DNA of 64,000 nucleotides. Source: Burkholderiales bacterium (lineage in GTDB: Bacteria > Pseudomonadota > Gammaproteobacteria > Burkholderiales > Casimicrobiaceae). The notes beneath the pieces were generated by a model. It was given only the letters and a program-made list of their open reading frames with translations. It did no database searches and had not been told where the DNA came from. The stretch spans positions 2,139-66,138 of the forward strand of contig JADLBN010000269.1 in assembly GCA_020847675.1 (NCBI GenBank). Reading direction: 5' to 3'. Position numbers and translations under genes: made by a program. The stretch's first letter is position 1; each line of letters opens with the position of its first letter. Shown one piece after another: positions 22,286 through 32,407 of the stretch.

Positions 22286-22508
22286 CGCGGGTCGTTCTCG
22301 GTCGGCCGGGTGGGTTAGGTGCGAATGCGAGCACGTCGGCACGGCTCACAAGGGTTCGGCCGCCAACCGTCAGAGTTCGCAGCCGTTCGTTGGCCACGAG
22401 CTTCGCGATCGCCTGCCGCGAGACCCCCCGAAGTCGCGCCGCCTCGGCTTGATTGATCCACTCGGCCGGTTCAAACGACTCAGCGCTTTTATTGGTTGCG
22501 GTTGTCAA
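22278..22508 (-). CDS. Small excisionase-like HTH protein, putative R-M controller (TTG start uncertain)
   Basis: [22 protein letters not shown]...RL; 8-nt overlap with nuclease start; C-terminal PGRPR. Confidence 0.7.
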   Translation of the reverse strand: MTTATNKSAESFEPAEWINQAEAARLRGVSRQAIAKLVANERLRTLTVGGRTLVSRADVLAFAPNPPGRPRTTRDE

Positions 22509-22566
22509 CCTATTTTCTGCTATACTCTCGATGCAGCATGCTAGCAGTAGCTGTACTTTGGACCCG

Positions 22567-23541
22567 ATGAACAAGCTCCTCGACGCCCCTCAGCCCAGCC
22601 TCTTTGCGCCCTCGCAGGAGCACCCTGCGAAGCTAATGCACGTTGTCGAGTCGTTCTACGAGACCGAGTTGGGCGCCACGTATCTTGGTGACTCGCGCGA
22701 AGTGCTCAAGGCGCTCCCCGGCAACAGCGTGAACCTGGTGTTTACGTCGCCGCCCTATGCACTGCACTTCAAGAAGGAGTACGGAAACGTCAGCAAGGCC
22801 GACTACGTTGATTGGTTCTTGTCCTTCGCGCGGGAAATCCATCGAGTCCTTGCAGACGACGGCAGCTTTGTCCTGAACATCGGTGGAAGCTGGAACCCCG
22901 GCTCCCCCACGCGCTCGCTGTATCACTACAAGCTCATGATTGCGCTCGTCGAAGACTTGGGCTTTCACCTCGCGCAGGAGTGCTACTGGTACAACCCGGC
23001 GAAGATGCCCGTTCCCGCCGAATGGGTCACGGTCCGCCGGGTCAGGATCAAAGACTCGGTCGAGCACGTCTGGTGGCTGTCGAAAACGCCATTCCCCAAG
23101 GCCGACAACCGCAAAGTGCTCAAACCGTACAGCCCGGACATGATTCGACTCGCTCAGCGCGGCGTCAGGGCAACCGTTCGGCCGTCGGGACACAGCATCA
23201 CGTCGTCCTTCGACAAGATCAGTTCTGGCGGCTCGATTCCATCGAACGTCCTCGAGGATCAAGTCGCGACCGAGATGCTGATCGTCGGCAACAACTCTGC
23301 GAACGATCAATACACCATCCGCTGCAAGGAAGCAGGCATGAAGATTCACCCGGCACGGTTCCCTGCCGCGCTGCCAGAGTTTTTTGTCAAGCTTCTGACC
23401 GACGAAGGCGATCTGGTCGTTGACCCGTTTGCGGGCTCCAACACTACGGGCGCGGTCGCTGAACGGCTAGGCCGTCGATGGGTTGGAATCGAACTCTTGG
23501 AAGAGTATCTGGAAGCGAGCAAGTTCAGGTTTGGCGAGTAG
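22567..23541 (+). CDS. N4-cytosine DNA methyltransferase, beta class, M.PvuII-like
   Basis: TSPPY before [10 protein letters not shown]; [31 protein letters not shown] match M.PvuII as recalled. Confidence 0.92.
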   Translation: MNKLLDAPQPSLFAPSQEHPAKLMHVVESFYETELGATYLGDSREVLKALPGNSVNLVFTSPPYALHFKKEYGNVSKADYVDWFLSFAREIHRVLADDGSFVLNIGGSWNPGSPTRSLYHYKLMIALVEDLGFHLAQECYWYNPAKMPVPAEWVTVRRVRIKDSVEHVWWLSKTPFPKADNRKVLKPYSPDMIRLAQRGVRATVRPSGHSITSSFDKISSGGSIPSNVLEDQVATEMLIVGNNSANDQYTIRCKEAGMKIHPARFPAALPEFFVKLLTDEGDLVVDPFAGSNTTGAVAERLGRRWVGIELLEEYLEASKFRFGE

Positions 23542-23735
23542 CCGGCGCGGCGCGGCTGGCCCGCCGTAGCGCCCGTCTCAACTCCAACGTCAACTCCGGC
23601 ACGACGCCGACTACGAACGTCTTGCCGGAACACCGGCACGCGCCGGCGATCGATTGCGTCGCTGCGGCGCGTCGAAACGGCTTGGAGCTGGAGCGCGGTC
23701 CGGATCGGACTCCGGACCGGCCCCGACTCGCCGCT

Positions 23736-23960
23736 CTAGGCTTCGTACTTGAACGAGAGCTGCACCCGCGCGCGATAGGCGACGACCTTGCCGCCCTCGA
23801 CCTTCATGTCGAGCTTGGTGACTTCCGCGATGCGAAGGTCGCGCAGCGACTTGCTCGCGACCGCGATCGCGTGCTTCGCGGCGTCCTCCCACGACACTGT
23901 GCTCGTGCCGATCGCGTCGATGACACGATAGACACCGTCGTTTCCGCCCTTCTTCGCCAT
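23736..23960 (-). CDS. Dodecin family protein
   Basis: VYRVI..IGTS..SWEDAA, LRDLRIAEV, YRARVQLSFKY; SD GGAGG. Confidence 0.88.
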   Translation of the reverse strand: MAKKGGNDGVYRVIDAIGTSTVSWEDAAKHAIAVASKSLRDLRIAEVTKLDMKVEGGKVVAYRARVQLSFKYEA

Positions 23961-24119
23961 GGCTCTTCCTCCTTCGGATCGCGGGGCCGCCGGAGGGCGC
24001 CCCGTGCACGGTCATCATACCCACCCGCAGGCATCCTGCGCGACACGAGCTGCTGGCGGCAATTCCGCGGTGCAGCACCGCGCTGCGTCACCACCGCGCA
24101 CGGTCGCGCGGACGGCCGA

Positions 24120-26339
24120 TCAGGGGCTGCCGCGAACCTCGAACGCGACCGACGCGATCGCGTCGCCCGCGTTGTCGTGCAGCGCGACGACGTGGCGCCC
24201 CGGTGCGGGGGTCCACAGCGCGCGCTCGCCCTTCCCTTCGAGCGCTCGCCCGTCGAGGGTCCACGCATGGCCTGGACGGGCGTCGCTCGCGACGAACGCG
24301 ATGCGCTGGTGCGCGGCCGGGATGTCGGGATCGAGCGCGATGATCGTGTCGGGCGCCGGATAGCGGATGCGCGGAGCGAGCGCGGCTTCCGGAACGTCCC
24401 CGGTTCGGGGCACAGCGCGCACGATCGCCATCGCGGTGCCGGATACGAACCACTCGTCTCGTCCGGCCTCGACGGGTGGGTCGAACGACACGTTCGCGCG
24501 GACGAGGCCGCGCGGCGGCACGGGAGACCGCGAAGCGGCTTCGCGGTGCAGGAAATGGACGACGTCGCGCCACACCGGCGCTGCGCCGGTGACGCCCGAC
24601 ACGTCGTGCATCGGTGCGCCGGAGAAGTTGCCGACCCACACGCCGACCGTGTAGCGCGAGGTGAACCCGACGCACCAGTTGTCGCGCATGTCCTTGCTGG
24701 TGCCGGTCTTGACCGCGCTCCACACGCGGGTGGCGAGCGGATTCTCGAGGCCGAAGGTGGTCGCGCGCGCACCGCGGTCGGACAGGATGTCGGCGACGAC
24801 GAAGCTCGCCGCGGCGCCCAGGACCCTGCGTCCTTCCGCGCCCGGACCGATCGGGGTGCGCATCGGCGCCCCCGTGCCGGCGGCGCCCGTGCGGCTCGCG
24901 CTCCACACGCCGCCGTTCGCCAGCGCGCGGTAGGCGTTGGCGAGCGCGAGGAGCGTCACGTCGGCGCCGCCGAGGGCGAGCGCCGCGCCGTAGTGGTCGG
25001 GCGCCTCGGTCAGCGAGTCGAAGCCGAGCGCGCGCAGCGTGTCGTGGAAGCGGTCGAGGCCGACGAGTTCGAGCGTGCGCACTGCGGGAACGTTGAGCGA
25101 GCCTGCGAGCGCCGTGCGCACGCTGACCAAGCCGCGGAACGACCGGTCGTAGTTCTGCGGTGCGTAGACACCGCGCGCGGTCGGGATCGCGAGCGGACTG
25201 TCGTCGACCAGCGAGGCCGCCGTGAGACGGGCGTCATCGATCGCGAGCGCGTAGAGGAAGGGCTTGAGCGTCGAGCCCGCCTGCCGCGGCGCGAGAACGC
25301 CGTCGACCTGCGGCGCGCCCGACAGCTCGCCGCTCGAGCCCACCCACGCGAGAACCTCGCCGCTGGCGTTGTCGAGAACCACGATCGCGCCGTCGCCCAC
25401 GCCGCGGTCCGCGAGCGCCGACAGGTGCTCGACGAGCGTCGCCTGCGCGAACGCCTGCGTGTTCGCATCGAGTGTCGTGACGAGCCGCTCGCCCGGAACG
25501 CGCAGCAGGCGCGCGGCGAGATGCGGAGCGAGGTCCTCGCGGGCCTGCAAGCGGTTGCCTCCGGCCAGCGCGGTCGAGGCAGTGGCCCGCACCGCATCGC
25601 AGTCCGCGAGCGGCGCGAGCGCCAGAGCCACCGAGCACGCGCGCCGCGCGACGATCGCAGGCTGCGCCGACGGCCCGCGCAGGAGCGCGACGAGGACCGC
25701 CGACTCGCGCGCGTCGAGCCCCGAGGGCGCCTTCGCGAACAGGCCGCGCGCGGCGGCGCCGATGCCGACGAGTTCGCCGCGGTACGACGACAGGTTGAGG
25801 TACGCCTCCAGCACTTCGCGCTTCGACCAGCGCTCCTCGATCGCGAGCGCGGCCGACGCCTGGTCCCATTTCTGGCCGAGCGTGCGCGCTTCTCCGCCGC
25901 GAGCGCGAAGTGCCGGATCGACGAGCCCGGCGAGCTGCATCGTGAGGGTCGAGCCTCCGCGAGGCCGCCGCCCGTCGACGACCCGCCACGCGCTGTCCCA
26001 CGCCGCGATCGCGAGCCCGGTCCAGTCGACGCCGTCGTGCTCGAAGAAGCGCTTGTCCTCGCCCGCCACGACCGCCGCGACGAGCGCCGGCGACACCTCG
26101 TCGAGCGCGACCCAGTCGAGCCTGCGCACGCTCCGGTCGATGCGCGCCGTGGCGAGGACGGTTCCGCCGCGGTCGAGCAGCACCGCCTCCGACGGGCGGA
26201 ACGCCGCGCGGACTTCCGCGAAGGTCGGCGGAGCGTCGCCGGCCGGCGCGGAAAGAGCCGGCGCGACAGCGAGCGCGAACGCACAGGCCGCGATGGCGCG
26301 CAGCCCTCGGCCGAGCGTTCGTCGCGTCGGCCCGCTCAC
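24120..26339 (-). CDS. pbpC: Penicillin-binding protein 1C
   Basis: EDKRFFEH.GVD, GGSTLTMQLA, STLK, SLN, KTG, C-terminal BiPBP_C; GTGA overlap with A2M. Confidence 0.93.
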   Translation of the reverse strand: MSGPTRRTLGRGLRAIAACAFALAVAPALSAPAGDAPPTFAEVRAAFRPSEAVLLDRGGTVLATARIDRSVRRLDWVALDEVSPALVAAVVAGEDKRFFEHDGVDWTGLAIAAWDSAWRVVDGRRPRGGSTLTMQLAGLVDPALRARGGEARTLGQKWDQASAALAIEERWSKREVLEAYLNLSSYRGELVGIGAAARGLFAKAPSGLDARESAVLVALLRGPSAQPAIVARRACSVALALAPLADCDAVRATASTALAGGNRLQAREDLAPHLAARLLRVPGERLVTTLDANTQAFAQATLVEHLSALADRGVGDGAIVVLDNASGEVLAWVGSSGELSGAPQVDGVLAPRQAGSTLKPFLYALAIDDARLTAASLVDDSPLAIPTARGVYAPQNYDRSFRGLVSVRTALAGSLNVPAVRTLELVGLDRFHDTLRALGFDSLTEAPDHYGAALALGGADVTLLALANAYRALANGGVWSASRTGAAGTGAPMRTPIGPGAEGRRVLGAAASFVVADILSDRGARATTFGLENPLATRVWSAVKTGTSKDMRDNWCVGFTSRYTVGVWVGNFSGAPMHDVSGVTGAAPVWRDVVHFLHREAASRSPVPPRGLVRANVSFDPPVEAGRDEWFVSGTAMAIVRAVPRTGDVPEAALAPRIRYPAPDTIIALDPDIPAAHQRIAFVASDARPGHAWTLDGRALEGKGERALWTPAPGRHVVALHDNAGDAIASVAFEVRGSP

Positions 26340-29300
26340 GGCTCGATGCTCCACGGAGGAACCGGCGACTCGCCGAACATCTCGGGCGCGTACATTGCTT
26401 CGACACGCGTCGGCGGCAGCGCGAATGCGCCGGGATTGTCGAGGCGCAGCGTGTACTCGACCACGAAGCGGCCCTTGGGCACGTAGCGGAAGTAGGCGCG
26501 GAAGGCGCTCGCAGCGCGCTCCTCGAAGGCGGGGAACACGGTGCCAACGCGCCGCTCGCCGGCGGTCGCCATCGCCGACTCGCCACCCAGCCCGCGGCCG
26601 AGCGCCGTCGCGCCCGCCGGCAGCGGATCCTCGACCACGACCCACGCCATGTCGGCCTGCGCGTCCACGTCGAGGGTGACGCGCGCGAGGTCGCCCCTCC
26701 GCCAGGTGCCCGGCGTCTGCTGGCGCAGCGGCGCGACCGTGCGCGTCACCCGATAGCCCGATGCGAGCGGCGCGACGAGCGGGATCGCGGCGATGCTTCG
26801 CACCGTGACCCAGGGCGCACCGCTGCCCTGTTGCCTGAGCGCCATCTCGGCGCGCGCATCGGGCCACGCGAGCCGCTGCGCGAAGGTCTTCGCTCCGTCC
26901 CCCGGTGCCCACGCATGGGTGAAGCTCGTGTTGCCGAGCGTGGCGGTCGACGATCCGGTCGGTGCGACCGACTCGAAGCGCGCGGAGAACTTCGCCATCG
27001 CGAGCGTGCCCCAGGCGTTGGCGACGGTCGTGTTCCAGTGGCCGCGCTGCAGGCGCCCGAGCGATCCGCGCGCGAGACGCGGCAGGTCCTCGCGCCAGCC
27101 GGGCTCGTCGAGCATCGCGAGGATCAGCTTGTTCGCGTTCGCGTCCGCCGACACCATCAGCCACCACAGCGCGTCGGTCTTCTCGGTCGAGAAGCCCATC
27201 GTCGTGCCGTGGAACGAGAGCCGCGCGCGAAGGATCTCGCCGGCCGCGCGCAGCCTCGCGTCGCGCTGCGGCAGCTTCGGCTGGCGCTTGAGGACGAGGT
27301 ACCAGTCGATCACCGCCGACGTGGGCCACAAGTCGGGGTCGATGGCGATGCTGTCGAGCCACTTCGCGTTCAGCGGTTCCTCGCGCCGCGACAGCGCTTC
27401 CAGCGCCGCGACCTTGCGGATCGACAGGTCCGCCGTCGGCAGCGCCGAGTTGCGCCGCACCCGGCCCTCGACGAACGCCACCAGCGCGTCCTCCATGCGC
27501 GAGCGCTCGCGGTCGGGGATCGCGAATCCCGCCTCGCGCGACACCGAGAGAAGATACGAGGTCAGCACGTCGTCGCCGTCGCGCATCGTCGTCCAGTAGC
27601 GCACGAAACCGTCGCGATCGAGGTAGCCGGGCAGTTCGCTCATCAACGCGGACCAGCGGCCCGTGTCGGAGAGGCCGATGGCGATGGAGGCGCGCTGCTC
27701 GAAGCAGGAGAACGGGTAGCGGGCGAAGAAGTCGCGCACGCCCGGCAGCGTGCCTGCGAGCTTCGCCTGGAACTGCACGTCGACGCCGCCGCGGCCCGGC
27801 AGCGCGTCCGACGGACGTTCGACCGGGAGGGGAATCGGCTCGGCGAGCTGGAACATCGTCGCCTGCAGCGTGCGTTCCGGCACCGCGGGCACGACCGCCT
27901 GCGAGAGCTTCATCGCGTCGCGCAAGCGCGCGCCTCCGTCGTCGCCCGCCGCGTCGAACTGCCAGGCGATCGACGTCGCGCCGGGCGGGACCGTCACGTC
28001 CCAGCCCAACTCCCGCGCTTCGCCCGGCGCGAGCGCCACCGTGCGCGGATCGAGGCCCGCGACGGTCTGGCCGGCCGCCGTCGCCTTCGCGCTCACGGCT
28101 GCGTCGAAGGCACGGGGGGAGGCGTTGCGCACCGTCACGATCGCGCGGAAACGGTCGCCGTCGCGGACCAGCGGCGGCAGCCCGGCCAACAGCATCAGGT
28201 CCTGGGTCGAGCGGATCGTCGTCTCGCCGGTGCCGAACAGACCGGCGCCGGACGATGCGACGGCGACGATGCGGAAGCTCGTGAGCGAGTCGTTGAGCGG
28301 CACTTCGACCGTAGCGTTCCCGCTCGCGTCGAGCGGCACGCGCGCCTTCCACGCGAGGAGCGTGTCGAACAGTTCGCGCGAGGGCGAGCGTCCGCCGCCG
28401 CCGCCGGCGGGAACCGCCTTGCGCCCGAAGTGGCGCTTGCCGATCACCTGCATCTGCGCGGTGGCGGTCTCGACCTCCTCGCCGCGCCGCGTCATCATCG
28501 CGTCGAGGAGCTTCCACGACGCGTTGGGCATGAGCTCGAGGAGCCCCTCGTCGACCGCCGCGAGCGCGATCTCGCTCCCGGGCGGCGGCGCGCCGCCGTC
28601 GGGACGCCGCACCGCGATCGACACCGGCACCCTGTCGCGCACGCGGTAGCTGTCCTTCGGCGTGGTGACGCGCACCGCGAGTTCGTGCGCCGCCCAGCCG
28701 ACGCGGATCTCCGCGAGGCCCATCCGGAACGCCGGCTTGCCGAGGTCCACCATCGAAGTCGGCTGCACCTCGCCCACGCGGCCGCGCACCAGCAGCGCGG
28801 AGACGAACACGTTGGGCGCGTAGCCGCCCTTGAGCGGAACCTCGAGCACCGGGTTCGAGCGGTCGACGCGCGTGACGAACGCGTCGAGCACGCCTTCACG
28901 CTCCAGCGTGACCAGCGCCGTCGCCTCGCGGAACGGCGTGCGCACCTGGAAGCGCGCGGTCGCGCCGGGTTCGTAGCGCTTCTTCTCGGGCAGGAGGTCG
29001 AGACGGTCGTTGTCGGAGGCCGCCATCCACGCATCGTCGTCGCCCGCGACCCAGGTCTCGGCGCGCGTGACCGCGGGCCGGCCCGCGGCATCGGCGGCGC
29101 GCGCGCGCAGGATCAGGCTGCCCTTCGCCGGAGGCGCGCTCTCGCAGACCAGCATCCCCAGCCGGTCGGTCGTGCCGCTGCACAGGTCACCGACACGCTT
29201 CGTGTCGTAGCCGTGCTCGTAGGCGTAGAAGCCGCCGATCAGGCGCCGCCGATGCGACCAGGTCTCGCGCACGAACGCGTCGGCTCGAACGGCGACGCCG

Positions 29301-32215
29301 GCGATCGGCTTGCCGGCCAGGTCGAGTGCGACAACGGTGAACTTCACCCGATCCTTCGACGCGACCCAGCTGTCGGGCTTCAAGCCGAGCACGATCGCTG
29401 ACGGCCACAGCGCGACGCGCGTCGACGAGGTGAGCGTCTCGCCGTTGGGGTCGCGGTACTCGAGTTCCGCGACGAGGTCCTGCGGCAGGTCGGAGACGGC
29501 GAGATCGTGCACCGTCGCGCGCGCGCCGCCGGCGTCGTCGAGCCTGAGCGGCAGTTCGGTGCCGCGCAGCGGTGGCGCCGGACCACTGCCGGCGTCGACG
29601 GAATCGGGATCGGTGAAGGTGAACGCGCCCGCCTGCGCGTAGGCGTCGCCGTAGCTCTCGCGGCCCTCCTTCACGTCGCCGCCACCGAACGCGAAGTCGT
29701 CGTAGTCGGCGAAGCTCACCGTCTTGCGCTCGACCTGGGTGCGCAAGGTCGCGGGCAGGCCGGCCGCGCCTCCGCCCGACAGGTAGGTCACCTGCGCATC
29801 GAACGCCACCTCCCGAGGCTGCACGAGCGGCGTGCCCAGTGCCTGCAGGCGCGCGCGCAGGAGCGGCACGCGGAACGCCTCGACGCGGAAGCTGCCCGCG
29901 AGGCGCTGCTGCGGTTCCTTCGAGCCGGGCGCGAGCGTGTCGTTGACGAAGATCTGGTAGCTGCCGGCGAACGCGTCCTTCGGCACCGTGAACGCCGCCT
30001 CGCCCGATCCCGGCGATCCGCCGTCCGCCCAGCGCACCGGCACCGCGAACTCCCGATCCGAGCCCTGGTGGCGCAGCGTGAGCGTGTCGCCGAGCCCGCT
30101 GCGCGGAACGAACGCGAAGCCCGCGCCGGTCTGCCTGCGCACGAACAGCTTCATCGACACGGTCTCGCCGGCGCGAACCAGCGACCGGTCGAGGACCGCA
30201 TGGGCGACGAAAGGCCCGTCCCAGCTCCCGGTGGGCAGGTTGAAGCGCCACGGTGCGATGCCTTCGCCCCAGTCGGTGAAGGCGAACGCCATGTCGTCGG
30301 CGGTGCGCGCGGTGACGAAGTACTCGCGCCGGTCGCCTTCTCCCGTGCAGGCCGGCAGTTCGTCGCGCGGCGGGAGCGCCACCGGGACGCGCGCGATGCC
30401 GGCGTCGTCGGTGCGGCCCTCCCAGTGGACCTTGTTGCGGCAGTCGCGGACCGCGACCGCCGCGCCCGGGACGACGGAGGCGTCGGAGAGCCGCGTGACC
30501 CACACGAGCGACGATTCGCGGCCGAGCTTCACGTGCACCGAGAGGTCGGTGACGAGAGTGGCCGCGCGCACATGGAACGTCTGGTCGGCACCGATCAACG
30601 CGGCGCCGAGCTTCGGGCTCGCGAGTTCCACGACGTAGAATCCCGGCTGCGGGAGCGGGATGCCCACCACCTCGAACGCCTTCGCGCCCGAGGGCTTCGG
30701 CACGCGGATCTTCGAAACCGCGTCGGCGGAGTTGAAGACCGAGGTGGCGTAGCCGTTGCGCTTGACCGTCCAGCTGTCGTTGTCGCTGTCGTACTCGCGC
30801 TCGATGCGGTTCGCCCAGGCGAGGCGGCGGAACCAGGCGACGATCGTCGCCTCGTCGCCCGGTGCGACGCGCGCGAACCGGCCGGGGATCGGAGTCTGCG
30901 GAGCCGCTGCGGAAGCTGTGGTGCGGACCACGCTCGTCGCCCCGGGAATCGACGCCTCGACGTTGCGCACCGTGACCGGTAGCATCGGCTTGCTCCTGTC
31001 GGGCAGCACGCGCTCGAGGATGCCGAAGTCGGCCGCGAACTTCGCGAGCGGCGGCGCCTCGTCGGTGCGCACCGTCAGCGGAAACGACCTCGCGTTGGCG
31101 AGCCTGCGTCCGGCGTCGTCCTCGAGGCCCTCGGGCAATTCGATGCGGAACCGTTGCCGCTCGGGCAGTCCCGGGCCGAAGCTGACCGACGTCACGGTGC
31201 CGTCGCCGTCCTTCGGCAGCCTCGCGGGCACGACCCTCCCCGCGGCATCGACCATGCGGATCTTCGCCGCGTCTGCGCGCGCGATCGGCGCGGAGACCGA
31301 GACCGAGAGCGGCAGGAACGGGATGCACTGAGCGTCCTTGTTGACCCGTTCGCAACCGAAAGTCGCGCGGAACGCCGGCCGCACGCGGAACGCGAGCGAA
31401 CGCGCCTTCGCGGTGGCCACCCCGGTCGTGGCCGAGATGCCCCGGCCCCAGACGAGCTTCACCTCGGCGTCGGCCGGCAGCGTGCGCGCGCAGGCGAGCG
31501 TGACCAGCGGCGAGTCGGGCGCATCGCGCAGGCGCAGGAACCGGTCGCGGTCGCTGCCGTCGCGCGGCAGCCGGAACAGGAACGCGCGCGAGCGGCCCGC
31601 TTCCTGGTCGAGTAGCACGGCGCGGAGGTAGGACGCGGCGAACGACTTGCGGTTGTCGAGAATCGTCCTGCGCTCCTCGCCGGTGACCAGCCGCACGCCG
31701 ATCTGTTCGTTGACGCCGGAAGCGAGGCAGTGCGCGTTCGCGACGATGGTCTCGGGCTTCGCCGGCGCGTCGAGGCCGAGGAGGAAGATCTGGTGCTCGT
31801 CGATCCGCGCGCCTTCCCAGGGCATGCTCTGGACGATCGCGGGGCCGCCGGTCGTGAACTCGTGGCGTGCACCACCCGGGAGCGGAGTCCCGTCGATCGC
31901 GGTCAATCCGGGTTTGAGCGTGAACGTGCAGCGCACTCCCGCCGGAAGGTCGCGCGCGAAGTCGTAGGCCCAGTTGCGCGTGTCGACCCAGCGGCCGGTG
32001 CCCTTCTCGGCGCAGTCGACCTCGAACGGGTCGGGAAGGCGCGGGTCGCCGAACGCGACCATCGGTTTCGCGAAGCGCGCGGTGGCCTGGCGGACGGCCT
32101 TCGCCTCGCCCTGCGGCGTGAAGCGTTCGACCTGGGCGGCGAGCGAACCGCAGAGGGAACCCGCCGCGACCGCGAGGACGACCGAGGCGAGCGAAGGACG
32201 ACGGGAGAGGCGCAT
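26336..32215 (-). CDS. Bacterial alpha-2-macroglobulin
   Basis: Signal peptide, MG domains, AAVDEGLL, LNDSLTSFRI, thioester motif YPFSCFEQ, VEAMYAPE; coupled to pbpC. Confidence 0.95.
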   Translation of the reverse strand: MRLSRRPSLASVVLAVAAGSLCGSLAAQVERFTPQGEAKAVRQATARFAKPMVAFGDPRLPDPFEVDCAEKGTGRWVDTRNWAYDFARDLPAGVRCTFTLKPGLTAIDGTPLPGGARHEFTTGGPAIVQSMPWEGARIDEHQIFLLGLDAPAKPETIVANAHCLASGVNEQIGVRLVTGEERRTILDNRKSFAASYLRAVLLDQEAGRSRAFLFRLPRDGSDRDRFLRLRDAPDSPLVTLACARTLPADAEVKLVWGRGISATTGVATAKARSLAFRVRPAFRATFGCERVNKDAQCIPFLPLSVSVSAPIARADAAKIRMVDAAGRVVPARLPKDGDGTVTSVSFGPGLPERQRFRIELPEGLEDDAGRRLANARSFPLTVRTDEAPPLAKFAADFGILERVLPDRSKPMLPVTVRNVEASIPGATSVVRTTASAAAPQTPIPGRFARVAPGDEATIVAWFRRLAWANRIEREYDSDNDSWTVKRNGYATSVFNSADAVSKIRVPKPSGAKAFEVVGIPLPQPGFYVVELASPKLGAALIGADQTFHVRAATLVTDLSVHVKLGRESSLVWVTRLSDASVVPGAAVAVRDCRNKVHWEGRTDDAGIARVPVALPPRDELPACTGEGDRREYFVTARTADDMAFAFTDWGEGIAPWRFNLPTGSWDGPFVAHAVLDRSLVRAGETVSMKLFVRRQTGAGFAFVPRSGLGDTLTLRHQGSDREFAVPVRWADGGSPGSGEAAFTVPKDAFAGSYQIFVNDTLAPGSKEPQQRLAGSFRVEAFRVPLLRARLQALGTPLVQPREVAFDAQVTYLSGGGAAGLPATLRTQVERKTVSFADYDDFAFGGGDVKEGRESYGDAYAQAGAFTFTDPDSVDAGSGPAPPLRGTELPLRLDDAGGARATVHDLAVSDLPQDLVAELEYRDPNGETLTSSTRVALWPSAIVLGLKPDSWVASKDRVKFTVVALDLAGKPIAGVAVRADAFVRETWSHRRRLIGGFYAYEHGYDTKRVGDLCSGTTDRLGMLVCESAPPAKGSLILRARAADAAGRPAVTRAETWVAGDDDAWMAASDNDRLDLLPEKKRYEPGATARFQVRTPFREATALVTLEREGVLDAFVTRVDRSNPVLEVPLKGGYAPNVFVSALLVRGRVGEVQPTSMVDLGKPAFRMGLAEIRVGWAAHELAVRVTTPKDSYRVRDRVPVSIAVRRPDGGAPPPGSEIALAAVDEGLLELMPNASWKLLDAMMTRRGEEVETATAQMQVIGKRHFGRKAVPAGGGGGRSPSRELFDTLLAWKARVPLDASGNATVEVPLNDSLTSFRIVAVASSGAGLFGTGETTIRSTQDLMLLAGLPPLVRDGDRFRAIVTVRNASPRAFDAAVSAKATAAGQTVAGLDPRTVALAPGEARELGWDVTVPPGATSIAWQFDAAGDDGGARLRDAMKLSQAVVPAVPERTLQATMFQLAEPIPLPVERPSDALPGRGGVDVQFQAKLAGTLPGVRDFFARYPFSCFEQRASIAIGLSDTGRWSALMSELPGYLDRDGFVRYWTTMRDGDDVLTSYLLSVSREAGFAIPDRERSRMEDALVAFVEGRVRRNSALPTADLSIRKVAALEALSRREEPLNAKWLDSIAIDPDLWPTSAVIDWYLVLKRQPKLPQRDARLRAAGEILRARLSFHGTTMGFSTEKTDALWWLMVSADANANKLILAMLDEPGWREDLPRLARGSLGRLQRGHWNTTVANAWGTLAMAKFSARFESVAPTGSSTATLGNTSFTHAWAPGDGAKTFAQRLAWPDARAEMALRQQGSGAPWVTVRSIAAIPLVAPLASGYRVTRTVAPLRQQTPGTWRRGDLARVTLDVDAQADMAWVVVEDPLPAGATALGRGLGGESAMATAGERRVGTVFPAFEERAASAFRAYFRYVPKGRFVVEYTLRLDNPGAFALPPTRVEAMYAPEMFGESPVPPWSIEP

Positions 32216-32407
32216 CGGAAGTGTGCGGCGCGTGTCGCGACGGGCGCTATTAGACCATTGCACGCCCGGGACTTCATGGCATGGCGCCGACAGTTCGTGG
32301 CGAACTTCGGGCTTCGTGCGGATGTCACCTCCTAGTCTCCCCCCGGGGGCTGTGCTGCGGCCGCTCCCCCTCCATACTTCGGCGAAGCTTGGGGCGAGGG
32401 AGGGGAC

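Noticed and set aside
23575-23600. TCAACTCC short repeat at the R-M islet edge as an att site or target duplication
   Set aside because: No matching copy seen at the left boundary near 21500
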